From positions 1 to 60,648 of IMG/VR virus record IMGVR_UViG_3300022602_000101: a stretch of 60,648 nucleotides of DNA; one strand, given 5' to 3'. The position numbers were made by a program, and so were the translations under genes. How positions within the stretch are numbered: position 1 is the first letter of the stretch; each line of letters begins with the position of its first letter. The notes beneath the pieces were generated by a model. That model made no database searches, was not told the origin of the DNA, and worked only from the letters and a program-made list of their open reading frames with translations. Of the stretch, positions 23,196 through 33,454 are shown piece after piece. This DNA comes from a virus (lineage: Duplodnaviria; Caudoviricetes).

Positions 23196-25475
23196 ATGGC
23201 ACAAAATGTACCTAATACAAGAACTTTCAAAGACATCACTGGCCTTACTGGTGGTGTTAATAGCTTCTTGGACCCACAGTTCATTCAGGATACACAAGTG
23301 CGTTGGGCTGAGAATGCGGTAAACAAAGGTGGAATCTGGCAGACACGCCCTGGGTACGACACCGTTAGTGATTTATCCACCACTAATCAAACTGGTGCAC
23401 TCTACAATTGGTTAGTCAATTTATCACAATCAAGTGATACAGTAACACTAGCCACTGGTACAGTTACATTATATGTAGAAAACCTGCGTAATTTTAATTA
23501 TGGTGAAAACATAACCATAACATCACTTACTGATTCAACAAAGTACATGGTTGGTACAGTTGTTTCACAAGATGATAGCAATTTATTAACAGTTACTGTT
23601 ACATCACAATCAGGCACTGGTTCCTATACTGGTTGGGTTGTGACGTTAAACAGTGATAGTCAGTTACAGTTAGTACCACAATTTTTTACAATATTTCAAC
23701 CAACAACTGGTGGTCCACAATTTGTTTATGGTATCAGTGGTGGCGTATTTATAGCTAACATTAATGCTGATGGTACTTATGATGAACCACGTCAACTAGA
23801 ACAATTGTTGTTTGATACATCTGTTGATCAAATGTGTGTGTGCACAACTGTTCGCAGTTCGACCATACAAGATGGTACAATATTTGTAACACAACCAGTT
23901 AACACACTAATGATACAAGATGGTGTTAGTCGTGCTGGTTATTGGGATGGAACATCAGGCAATCATCTGAATCCGACCAAACAATGGACCTTAGATAGCA
24001 AAGGTAATATCATATATACCGATGGCTACAACCAAACACGTATTGGCAAGTATATGGCATGGAGTGGCAACAGACTATGGGTATCAAATGGTACACAAGT
24101 ATTTGCATCTGATTTAGATGATCCATTACATTTTACTGAGGAAACAGTATTAACAAACATACCAGTATTTACATTTCCAAAGAACATCACTGGCATGATT
24201 GATCGTGGTACATCAGGAACATTAGAAAATCTGATGTTTATTGGTACTGAGGATGGAATTTACACAATATACACTGGTGTTCAGCAACGTAGTTCATGGA
24301 CATCAACACCTGATTTTGTACGCAAGATATTCTCAGGTACAGGATGTGTATCACATAAATCCATGATTACACACATGGGTCTACTTTATTGGTATTCAAA
24401 TACTGGTATTGTAGCATTTGATAACTTAGGTACTGTTACATCAACACAATCAATTACACCAATTGATAGTGAAATGAGCTATTCAAAGCAACAAATGGGT
24501 AATGACAGATCCAAGATATGTGCTGGTCATTTTGACTCATATGTGTGGTGGTCAGTACCAGTAGCAGTTGCTAGCAATACAACAGGCTATGCTGCAACCT
24601 ATAATAGCAAGGTATACAATGGTCATACACAGGTATTGGATCGTTTAGTTACCCCTAGTGCTTTTTATTTGAACACGATTACAAACTTTGGTGGCACTGG
24701 CTGGCAAGGTGTTTGGACGGGTTTAAGGCCAATAGAATGGGCAACAGAGTCAATCTATGGTAAGATAAGGAACTACTGCTTATCTCTTGATTATGACGGT
24801 CAATTACGCATCTGGGAGGGTTTTAATGGCAACAGATGTGATAATAATAACCCAATATCATGGGCCATTGAGACAAAAGCACATAATGTAAACATGACTA
24901 ATCCAATGTTTACATATTCGGTTTTCAGGTATTTTAGGCTATTATTGAGTGAAATATATGGAAATTTGACTATTAATGGGTACTGGAAAGGCTTAAGAGG
25001 ACAATATCATCAATTATTGGATACGGCTGTCACCGCCACCCCTGGGTCCATTTTGTTGAATAACCCTGATTACCTTCCTATCATTAACAACACACCTGCT
25101 ATCAATTTTGTTAAGCAAACACGTGACATCTTGTCCAAGGATAACCGCATAACTGAGGAAAACACCTCTGTTAACGTGGAAAGCCAATTCCAAGATGATA
25201 TAGATAGGGCATTTAGCCTATTACTTCAATTTAACGGTGTTGGTGCCCTCAAAGCTTACCGTATAGCCGTTGATGCTAACCCTGATAACACTGAAGGTGC
25301 CGTAGTGCCACCAGAAGATGGCCAACACATATTACCAGTTGTTACTGCACCTGAATATGTTGAAGGTGATATACCAAGCTATACCACAGTATCACGTGAT
25401 TCTAAACTGGCCATAACCCCTGTTGAAAGTCATTATCTAGAACTGGGTTATCAATTACCGTTACCATCATCTTAA
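23196..25475 (+). CDS. tail tubular protein B / nozzle-like protein
   Basis: AENAVNKGGIWQTRPG N-terminal motif and WSGNRLWV...FASDLDDP beta-propeller-like repeats. Confidence 0.7.
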   Translation: MAQNVPNTRTFKDITGLTGGVNSFLDPQFIQDTQVRWAENAVNKGGIWQTRPGYDTVSDLSTTNQTGALYNWLVNLSQSSDTVTLATGTVTLYVENLRNFNYGENITITSLTDSTKYMVGTVVSQDDSNLLTVTVTSQSGTGSYTGWVVTLNSDSQLQLVPQFFTIFQPTTGGPQFVYGISGGVFIANINADGTYDEPRQLEQLLFDTSVDQMCVCTTVRSSTIQDGTIFVTQPVNTLMIQDGVSRAGYWDGTSGNHLNPTKQWTLDSKGNIIYTDGYNQTRIGKYMAWSGNRLWVSNGTQVFASDLDDPLHFTEETVLTNIPVFTFPKNITGMIDRGTSGTLENLMFIGTEDGIYTIYTGVQQRSSWTSTPDFVRKIFSGTGCVSHKSMITHMGLLYWYSNTGIVAFDNLGTVTSTQSITPIDSEMSYSKQQMGNDRSKICAGHFDSYVWWSVPVAVASNTTGYAATYNSKVYNGHTQVLDRLVTPSAFYLNTITNFGGTGWQGVWTGLRPIEWATESIYGKIRNYCLSLDYDGQLRIWEGFNGNRCDNNNPISWAIETKAHNVNMTNPMFTYSVFRYFRLLLSEIYGNLTINGYWKGLRGQYHQLLDTAVTATPGSILLNNPDYLPIINNTPAINFVKQTRDILSKDNRITEENTSVNVESQFQDDIDRAFSLLLQFNGVGALKAYRIAVDANPDNTEGAVVPPEDGQHILPVVTAPEYVEGDIPSYTTVSRDSKLAITPVESHYLELGYQLPLPSS

Positions 25476-25515
25476 ACCATTGCGTATTTTAACCTTATAT
25501 TGATAAAGTAATTCC

Positions 25516-26220
25516 ATGAGTACGACCATCCCAATCACATTAACGCCTATACCAGTTCCTGTGAATATTCAGGCCGTTAATATCAATGATTTCTTGGGAA
25601 TCGTTTGTGAGTACATTAGTGGATCAATCTCACAAAATGTTAGCTTCTTTCAACAAGGTGCAACTGCTCCAAACAGTAACCAAGGAATATTTTACAATAC
25701 TAGTACACAACGCTTTGAGACATGGAACTCAAACAATGGTGTATATCAACCAATCACTGAGTTACAAGTTGGTGATCTTAAAGCAGCTTTCCGCACAAGT
25801 GATGATACAGTTAATGGTTGGATACTATTAGACGGACGTGTTATCAGCACAATTACTGGTTTGACACAGGCACAAAATTCTAATTTGCAAAACCTTTTTG
25901 GTTCTGGTGGTAGTTTACCTAATTTCTCATTCCTTGGTGCATTAAGTGGATTACCACCTGTTGGTACATTTAGTGGCATATCAAACACATCAATATCACC
26001 AGCAGTTGGTGCTATTGCTGCATTGCCAGTTAGCTCAAGCTACACACAAAGTGAAGTACAGAACCTGCGTAATAGCACTGAAACATTGGATGAATCAACC
26101 AATGCATTACAGGTAACAGTATCACAAATTATTTCAAATAGTGAAACAGTGTTAACATCATTACAAAACACCAGCACTGTAACAGGTGCAAAATGGTTTG
26201 TATTCTGTGGATATCAATAA
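25516..26220 (+). CDS. tail collar-like structural protein
   Basis: VGDLKA...GWILLDGR...LFG...LPN tail-collar pattern; promoter TTGCGT-N18-TAAAGT-N6-ATG. Confidence 0.6.
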   Translation: MSTTIPITLTPIPVPVNIQAVNINDFLGIVCEYISGSISQNVSFFQQGATAPNSNQGIFYNTSTQRFETWNSNNGVYQPITELQVGDLKAAFRTSDDTVNGWILLDGRVISTITGLTQAQNSNLQNLFGSGGSLPNFSFLGALSGLPPVGTFSGISNTSISPAVGAIAALPVSSSYTQSEVQNLRNSTETLDESTNALQVTVSQIISNSETVLTSLQNTSTVTGAKWFVFCGYQ

Positions 26221-26221
26221 A

Positions 26222-26731
26222 ATGTCATTACAAGTAGCAGATCAATCAATAGTACGCAGCCAATCTGACGGTGATCGTTTGGCTAATGCTGATTGCTCAC
26301 TTGATAATATCAACAAGCTAGAAGCTGAGTTACTAAAGCTGCCACAGATTGATTGCCCATTACATCACAGTTTCGCCCCACATGTATATCTACGTGAGAT
26401 AACAATGCCAGAGGGTGCATTCATCATCGGCAGAGAGCATACAACAGAACATTTTAATATCATCTTAACAGGACGTGCATCAGTATTAATGGACGGTGTT
26501 GTACATGAGATACAAGCACCATGCATCATTAAATCAAATGCTGGTGTCCGCAAGATACTATACATTCATGAAACAATGCGTTGGGCAACAGTGCATCCAA
26601 CAAATGAAACAAACATTGAAATACTAGAAGAAACATTAACAGTGAAAACACCAGCTTTTCGTGATCATGAGATGCGTAAACAACTTGAGGACTTCCAAAA
26701 GAAGCTAATCGAACTAAAGGAGAAACAATAA
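26222..26731 (+). CDS. cupin-fold protein
   Basis: HSFAPHVYLREITMP...GREHTTEHFNIILTG...WATVH; this family often precedes podovirus ejection genes. Confidence 0.7.
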   Translation: MSLQVADQSIVRSQSDGDRLANADCSLDNINKLEAELLKLPQIDCPLHHSFAPHVYLREITMPEGAFIIGREHTTEHFNIILTGRASVLMDGVVHEIQAPCIIKSNAGVRKILYIHETMRWATVHPTNETNIEILEETLTVKTPAFRDHEMRKQLEDFQKKLIELKEKQ

Positions 26732-27595
26732 ATGGCTTTCGTAGGAACTGCAGTCTTAGGTATCGGTGGTGCACTAGCAGGTGGTGCTGGTCTTCTTGGC
26801 GCTAGCGTTGGTGCCATTGGAGGAGGTCTCCTTGGTGCTGGCATTGGATCAGCTCTTGGTGGATCAATGGATGCACAATCAGCTGCACAAAAAGCTGGCC
26901 AAATGGCACAGAACTTAACGTATCAGCCAATTGATCTTAATGCATTGCAGACACAAGCACAGCAAGCAGCTCAACAGAACCTTGCTAACTCAATTAAGTT
27001 AGAACAACAATATTTCCCACAAGCAGCAGCAGCACGTGCTGGTACACAGAATCTTGTAGCACAACAAGTGGCACAAGGTGGTAGATTGACACCAGATGTA
27101 TCAAATGCGGTAACACGTTCAGCAATGGCATCAGGTGGTGCAGGTGGGTTTGGTGCTGGTCCATTAGCAGCAGCTAATTTGGGACTCACTGCACAGGGAC
27201 AGATTAATAACGCAATTGGTCTTGGTCAGAATTTATCACAAACAGAAATGGCAGGATTACCAACTTCTGGATTGGATCCAGGCGCATTGGCCTCGGCAGC
27301 TATTGGTCAAAATCAGCAAATGAATCAATTCAACATTGATAAGACTGGTCTGCTAACAAATGCTCTACAAAGCCAAGCAAATGCACAAAGTGCATTAGGT
27401 GGATCACTAATGGGTGCAGCTAATATCTATGGAAACATGGTTGGTACTAAAACACCAAATACGCCTAATCCATTTAATACGGGTAATAACATTACATTAA
27501 ATTCACCAAATTTATTGTATAATTTGGGTTCTAGTAATACATCGACTGTACCAACCAATATACCAACGTTTGTTAACCCATTTGGAGGTAAATAA
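26732..27595 (+). CDS. internal virion (ejection/pilot) protein
   Basis: Gly/Ala-rich hydrophobic N-terminus, Gln/Ala-rich body. Confidence 0.65.
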   Translation: MAFVGTAVLGIGGALAGGAGLLGASVGAIGGGLLGAGIGSALGGSMDAQSAAQKAGQMAQNLTYQPIDLNALQTQAQQAAQQNLANSIKLEQQYFPQAAAARAGTQNLVAQQVAQGGRLTPDVSNAVTRSAMASGGAGGFGAGPLAAANLGLTAQGQINNAIGLGQNLSQTEMAGLPTSGLDPGALASAAIGQNQQMNQFNIDKTGLLTNALQSQANAQSALGGSLMGAANIYGNMVGTKTPNTPNPFNTGNNITLNSPNLLYNLGSSNTSTVPTNIPTFVNPFGGK

Positions 27596-27601
27596 TTAGT
27601 T

Positions 27602-29767
27602 ATGCCAATACCGAATGATCCAACAACAGGTTTTCAATTAAGCGCATTACCACAAGCCTTCAGTGTTCCATCAAACATTGGAAAGTTTGATGTTGGTCAA
27701 ACGCAGCAAGCATATGCTAATTCATTAAAGAATGCACAAGCTACTGCTTTAGTTGGACCAGAGACAGCAGCTGCTGTTTCGCAAGCTAGATACAATCAAA
27801 TGCTAGCAAATGAAGGCATGAAACGTCTTCCAGCTGAAACACAAGCATTGTTATCCAAATATGGATATGAGCAAATTGCTAATGAGAATAAGAAAAACTT
27901 TGAAACAGGAATGTCTGGTTATCAAGGTGACATAGGTAAATACACAGGTGCTTTTAATCTGCAAGATCTTAGCAATAAATTTACAACTGGAAATATTAGT
28001 AGTGCAGCAATAGGTGCTCCTGTTGTAACTACACCAAAATCAAGTTTGTTAGCACAACCTCCTGCTAATACTGGTACTAGCATAGCAGATGAAATATTAA
28101 ATTCAAAAGGTATACAATCTGCAGCTCAAAAAGCAGAACAAGAAGCAAAAGATCAAGCTAACCCAGAAAATAATATACCTGCCACAGAGGAACCAGAAGA
28201 AACTCCTGAAACAAATACTACACCAAATCAAACAGCTCCTGCAAATGTTGCTAATGCTGTTACATCTGCTATTACATCAGCAGCTCCATCTGCTGGAACA
28301 ACTACTGGATCTAATGCCTTACCATCTTTAGCTTCTGTACCACCAACTACTCCAAGTGTTGGAACTAATGCATTTGCTGCTTTATCAAATACTCCTTCCA
28401 TAACTCCATCGTCACAAGCGACTGGTAATCCACCTGTAACACAACAGGCACAAGCAGTATCTAATCAACAAGCACAAGCTGCCACACCAAAGGAAGAAGC
28501 AGGACCTTATTCTGATATTAAAGTATTACCTAATGGAAACTTTCAAATCAATGGTGTTTCATTAACTCCACAACAATTGGAACAAAATGCTAACCTCATT
28601 AGACAAGGATTTAGACCACAAGGTAATTTGATGTCATGGCATAAGATAGATTGGGATAACGGCTATGAACAAACATCTGGTCCAGGTGGAATTGGAATTA
28701 GTAAACCAACTTCAATACCTAAAGATAGAATGGATTTATATAACGATGCAAAAAGTGCTGTAATGCAAGCAAAGTTAATTGATCCTACGTATCAAACACC
28801 AGAAGGAGTAGGTATTGGTGCAATAAAAGAAGATGCTATGGATATAGCAAGTGCACCAACATTGCAAAATCCTAATCATGCAATGCCAGCACCTAATCCA
28901 GCTATGGGAATTTATGATCCCAAAGAAGCTGCAAAAGTTAGAACTGCAGCTTATAAACAAGGTAATAGTCAAATGACTATTGCTGATGGAATGCAATCTA
29001 ACATTGCACAGGTTAAAAACGATCTACAAGAGTTTCAGAATTTAAATCATAGTACATCAACTGGACCAGTTTCATCTTTAATAACTCCATTGTTAGCATC
29101 AGGACAAAATGTACAAGCATTTATCAATAGTCTTGCACAATCACCAGATGCAAATGTAAAAAAACAAGCAGCATTGGCACAAAGTCATGCAGTTGATCTT
29201 GAAGCAATGAAAAACATTCATGATCGTCTTGTTACTGAAATGTTAAGACTTGGTTCAAGTAGCAATACTTTAGGTGCACCAAATGCATCTGGTGGACCAT
29301 CTGGTTTAGGAAGAATAATGAATAATGAATTAGGATGGATTGCAGCTGCATCACCTAATCCTACTCAATTAACACAAACTAATGATATTGTTATTAACGA
29401 TGCATTAAGCAGATTGGATCGCACTAATGATTTAATTGATTATGCACGTGAATACAACAAAGATTACCACACAATTGAAGGAGCTGGTGATAATTTTCAA
29501 AAGTATGCTAATGAAAATCCATATTTTATTAATGGTAAATCTAACCCAAATAGAATACCATGGCAGCAAGTGCTAATGTCAGATGAATGGAATAAAGCAC
29601 ATCCTGCTCAACAAAATAGTCCATCATCTGGAGTACAATTGAATAACAGAACATTATCTGCTGCATCAGCACCACAAGCAGCTGCGTTAATGAAAGTAAT
29701 TAATAATCAAAACGCAACAGCAGCTCAAAAAGCTCAAGCACAAGATCTCTATAATCAACTTCCATAA
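27602..29767 (+). CDS. internal virion (ejection) protein
   Basis: 721 aa, A/Q/P/T-rich, Cys-free, in the ejection-gene position. Confidence 0.6.
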   Translation: MPIPNDPTTGFQLSALPQAFSVPSNIGKFDVGQTQQAYANSLKNAQATALVGPETAAAVSQARYNQMLANEGMKRLPAETQALLSKYGYEQIANENKKNFETGMSGYQGDIGKYTGAFNLQDLSNKFTTGNISSAAIGAPVVTTPKSSLLAQPPANTGTSIADEILNSKGIQSAAQKAEQEAKDQANPENNIPATEEPEETPETNTTPNQTAPANVANAVTSAITSAAPSAGTTTGSNALPSLASVPPTTPSVGTNAFAALSNTPSITPSSQATGNPPVTQQAQAVSNQQAQAATPKEEAGPYSDIKVLPNGNFQINGVSLTPQQLEQNANLIRQGFRPQGNLMSWHKIDWDNGYEQTSGPGGIGISKPTSIPKDRMDLYNDAKSAVMQAKLIDPTYQTPEGVGIGAIKEDAMDIASAPTLQNPNHAMPAPNPAMGIYDPKEAAKVRTAAYKQGNSQMTIADGMQSNIAQVKNDLQEFQNLNHSTSTGPVSSLITPLLASGQNVQAFINSLAQSPDANVKKQAALAQSHAVDLEAMKNIHDRLVTEMLRLGSSSNTLGAPNASGGPSGLGRIMNNELGWIAAASPNPTQLTQTNDIVINDALSRLDRTNDLIDYAREYNKDYHTIEGAGDNFQKYANENPYFINGKSNPNRIPWQQVLMSDEWNKAHPAQQNSPSSGVQLNNRTLSAASAPQAAALMKVINNQNATAAQKAQAQDLYNQLP

Positions 29768-29775
29768 ATACATCA

Positions 29776-32658
29776 ATGCAGCCAGATCCTACAGCTAATA
29801 CTGCAAGCCAAGATCCGTCTATTGATGATATTCTGTCACAAGCTAAGACGTTTATAGGTTCACAGAAACAAAAGGCACCAGCACAATCAGCTGCCAATGT
29901 GCCTTATCCTATTACTGTACCATCTAGTGGTCAGCCACAAGCAGCAGATGATATTGATGCAATATTAAAAAATGCACAAAGTTATGTGGCTAGTCAAAAA
30001 CCAGTACCAACAGATATTGATTCATTGGCTAAATCAGTACAACAAGCTGAAGCAAATGTTAATCAAAATCCTTCTGATGAAAATACAAAAGCATTACAAA
30101 GTGCTTACGAGAATTATTATAAAAATACTAATGTTGGACAAAGAGCAGCATACAATTTAATGCCAGATCAAAACACCTTGCAAAATGTTGTACAAGGTGG
30201 TAAAAATCTTGTAGGTTCTGCATTATCAGCAGTTGGTGAAGCAGGTGAAGGATTAGTAACAAATCCATTAGATACATTACAAGGCATACAAAGAGGTGCA
30301 GTAACAGGTATGGGCAAGTTGGCAGCATTTCCTGCACAAGCTTATTCTGCTGCTAAACAACAAGTTTATGCACAAGCAGGTGAACCATCAGATATACCAG
30401 CTGCAGCAAAAATGGCAGCTGAACGCACCGCTGATACAGCTAAATTAAATCAAGCACTGGAATCATATAAGAAATATGGTGCTGGTATGGATACACGTGA
30501 GATAGGTGAAGGTGGTATGGCAGCAGCAAACATCGCTGAAAATGTTGTACCATTTGTAGCTGCACCAGAAAGCATTTTAAGTAAAGGTGGTGCAGAATTA
30601 TCTGAAGCAGATAGAGCAATCGCTGCACAAAAAGCTTTAACAGCTGCAAATCAGCCATCTAATCTTGGTGCAAAAATTGGTAAATTCGTTGGTGGTATAA
30701 AAGGTGGATATCAAGGTAAGCTAATAGGTGAAACAGGTGGTTCTATTGTTGATAAAATGTTTGAATCTGAAACGCCTACTATAAAATTTAAAACACCAGA
30801 AGATGTACAAAATGCAATAGAAGCAGAAAAGATTGGTGTTGAAGCATATTCTGGAGATGTTGAAAGATTAACTAAGGAACTTGCTGCAGATCCTGAAAAT
30901 AATGATTTAAAGAAACAGTTGTATCAAGCTACACTGCAAAGAAACAATGCTGCATCACGTTTAAATACAGCTAATGAAGCAATGGGTGCTATTCAAAAAG
31001 GTGTTGAAAAAGCACAACCATCAGTACTTGGACAGACTGCTAAAGATGCATTAAGAACAGGTGGTATTTTTGCTGCTAACGCAGAGGCACAACAAGCCCC
31101 TGGGACCTCAGTGGGTGGTGCATTTGGTCAAGGTGCTACACTTGGTGGATTAACCACATTAGGTGTATCAGGTGGTAAAAATATTGCCAATACAGTACAA
31201 GGATTTAAGCAAGGTATATCAGAAGAACCAACACCAGCACCAACACCAGCAACACCACAGGAAGCAACTGTTGGTACACCTGAAGAAAAAGCTGGTACAG
31301 AAGCTCCTGAAACAGCTACACCTGCTCCTGTTGCAACACCTACACCAACAAAGCCACTAGCTGCACAAGCTCCCACAACCTCTGAAGGTTATGGTCCAAA
31401 TCGTGTACGTTTACGTGCTCAATACACTGTCGCTGGTGACGTTAAGAGTATGTCACATGATGAAGTAACTGATTTTGATAAGACATTGAAATCAGATGAT
31501 TCACCAATAGCTAATGCTATACCTATTAATAAAGGAGACATTGAATCAGTTGGTCATGGATCTGATTACATGTACATTAAGTTTAATAAACCTACTGTAT
31601 ATAAAGGTGAAAACATTGATCAGTATGCTTACTCTAATGTACCAAAGAGCGTATACACTGAAATGTTAAATTCTGATGATCCATACGCATATTTCCAAAA
31701 GAATATACGCAGGCAGTACAATACAACTGCGATCAATCCAATACATACAAAAGAAGATTTAGCTTCATTATCAAATGGTAAACAATTACCAAATAAGAAT
31801 GAGCCAATATCTGTAGAAGAAACAAAAGGTACTGAAGAAACACCTGCTGCACCAAATAAACCATTGGCTGCACAACCAGAAGCACCAACAAGTGCATTGG
31901 CTGCACCTAGAAAACCAGCTGGTGAGGGATATGCTACTGCTGAACAATTGAAAGAGCAGTATGATAATGATCAAATGCGTCAAAACTTCGTTAATGAAGT
32001 TCGTAATACAGCTAATAGAGTAGAAGCCAATACAGCTGCACAATTACAAGCTGAAAAACAAGCTAAGATACAAAAGATAATGTCTGATGTAAACACTAGC
32101 TTGGAACAAAAGAGACAAGCTATAGCTGATCAACGCAAAGCAGAACAAGATCAATTAGAAGCAATACATAACACACCTGAATATCAGCAAATGACGGAAT
32201 GGTTAAAGAAAGCTGATACAATGGTTCAAAAAAGTGTAGTAGGATCCGCTAAAGGTGGACCATTAAATTCAATACCAGCTCCTGAATTAGATAATGCATT
32301 GAAAGCATTAGAAGCACGTAGATCAGCTGGACCAGAACAACCAAATTATCCTGAATTTTCTGGTAAGAAACCAGTTAAAGGTATAGTGTATCAATTGAAA
32401 GCAATTGGTGAAAATGATAAATTAACACCTGAACAAGAAAGCATTAAACAAGCTATTTTGGATCATGATGCATTAGCTGAACAGGAAAGAACAAGCTCTG
32501 CAGCTGCTGTTAAATTAAAAGAAAAATTGGCAGCACAGGCTAATAAGCCATTAGCAAATGCACCAGCACCAAAAGGTGGACGCAAAAAGGTCTCATTAGC
32601 TGCATCACAGCCACATGAGGGGCCAGAGGAAAATCCACTTGGTACTAGCTCACCGTAA
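29776..32658 (+). CDS. large internal virion protein with embedded KTSC-like domain
   Basis: 960 aa, Ala-rich, Cys-free; IESVGH...YAYSNVPKSVYTEMLNSDDPYAYFQKNIRRQY at ~31534-31719. Confidence 0.65.
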   Translation: MQPDPTANTASQDPSIDDILSQAKTFIGSQKQKAPAQSAANVPYPITVPSSGQPQAADDIDAILKNAQSYVASQKPVPTDIDSLAKSVQQAEANVNQNPSDENTKALQSAYENYYKNTNVGQRAAYNLMPDQNTLQNVVQGGKNLVGSALSAVGEAGEGLVTNPLDTLQGIQRGAVTGMGKLAAFPAQAYSAAKQQVYAQAGEPSDIPAAAKMAAERTADTAKLNQALESYKKYGAGMDTREIGEGGMAAANIAENVVPFVAAPESILSKGGAELSEADRAIAAQKALTAANQPSNLGAKIGKFVGGIKGGYQGKLIGETGGSIVDKMFESETPTIKFKTPEDVQNAIEAEKIGVEAYSGDVERLTKELAADPENNDLKKQLYQATLQRNNAASRLNTANEAMGAIQKGVEKAQPSVLGQTAKDALRTGGIFAANAEAQQAPGTSVGGAFGQGATLGGLTTLGVSGGKNIANTVQGFKQGISEEPTPAPTPATPQEATVGTPEEKAGTEAPETATPAPVATPTPTKPLAAQAPTTSEGYGPNRVRLRAQYTVAGDVKSMSHDEVTDFDKTLKSDDSPIANAIPINKGDIESVGHGSDYMYIKFNKPTVYKGENIDQYAYSNVPKSVYTEMLNSDDPYAYFQKNIRRQYNTTAINPIHTKEDLASLSNGKQLPNKNEPISVEETKGTEETPAAPNKPLAAQPEAPTSALAAPRKPAGEGYATAEQLKEQYDNDQMRQNFVNEVRNTANRVEANTAAQLQAEKQAKIQKIMSDVNTSLEQKRQAIADQRKAEQDQLEAIHNTPEYQQMTEWLKKADTMVQKSVVGSAKGGPLNSIPAPELDNALKALEARRSAGPEQPNYPEFSGKKPVKGIVYQLKAIGENDKLTPEQESIKQAILDHDALAEQERTSSAAAVKLKEKLAAQANKPLANAPAPKGGRKKVSLAASQPHEGPEENPLGTSSP

Positions 32659-32853
32659 CTTGGTGGTTTGATGCTTACCCTTAATGTGATGGTGTAAGTA
32701 GCTACCTTTGCTTGGTGCGTTCATGAGTGCCTGATACTTGGCTGGTGGCACATTTGCGTAGTTGTATACTGAACCATCATGGAATGTTACTGATAGCAAC
32801 ATGTGGTGGTTGTCATAGTGAACTGTATCAATGTTGGAACTGCTTACTTTCAT
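32650..32853 (-). CDS. KTSC domain protein
   Basis: VSSSNIDTVHYD...VTFHDGSVYNYANVPPAKYQALMNAPSKGSYLHHHIKG, a canonical KTSC pattern. Confidence 0.85.
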   Translation of the reverse strand: MKVSSSNIDTVHYDNHHMLLSVTFHDGSVYNYANVPPAKYQALMNAPSKGSYLHHHIKGKHQTTKLR

Positions 32854-32896
32854 GCTTGTAATTAGGCATGACGTTGCATTATATGGCAACAAGTAA

Positions 32897-33454
32897 ATGG
32901 ACATAACGTCACTAACCCAACCATGCAACTATGACAGGATACTTGATGAGGAAACTCCACAGGCGCAGCGAATTGCCCGTTATCTTACTGGTTACAACGT
33001 TATTCGTGTACTTGATATTGGGTGTGGTCCTGCTAATTACGTTGAAACATTACGTGATGCTGGGATTTCGGCATTTGGCATAGACATCGATGAAAGATGT
33101 TTGCGATCAGTGTATTGTTTTTGCATGGATCTCACTAAGGAGCCATGTCCCATTAAATCACCAGTGGTATTGTCACTTGAGGTTGGTGAACACATACCAG
33201 CACAATATTCTAAAAGATACATTGAGTTTATTGCTGAGGCTGAACCAACCATGGTTATATTCAGTGCAGCTAATCATGGTCAAGGTGGTGATGGACACAT
33301 TAATTGCCAAGGTAAGAGCTACTGGGCAACACGCTTTGAATGGTTTGGTTACACCTATGACCCAATCGCCACACAAGACTTTGTTGATTACATGAAAGAT
33401 GGTTATCACCTTGGATGGTTAGTTAAAAATGTAATGATATTTTATAAAACATGA
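32897..33454 (+). CDS. class I SAM-dependent methyltransferase
   Basis: VLDIGCG motif I, SLEVGEHI, GQGGDGHINCQ; a type often found in glycan-modification loci. Confidence 0.85.
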   Translation: MDITSLTQPCNYDRILDEETPQAQRIARYLTGYNVIRVLDIGCGPANYVETLRDAGISAFGIDIDERCLRSVYCFCMDLTKEPCPIKSPVVLSLEVGEHIPAQYSKRYIEFIAEAEPTMVIFSAANHGQGGDGHINCQGKSYWATRFEWFGYTYDPIATQDFVDYMKDGYHLGWLVKNVMIFYKT

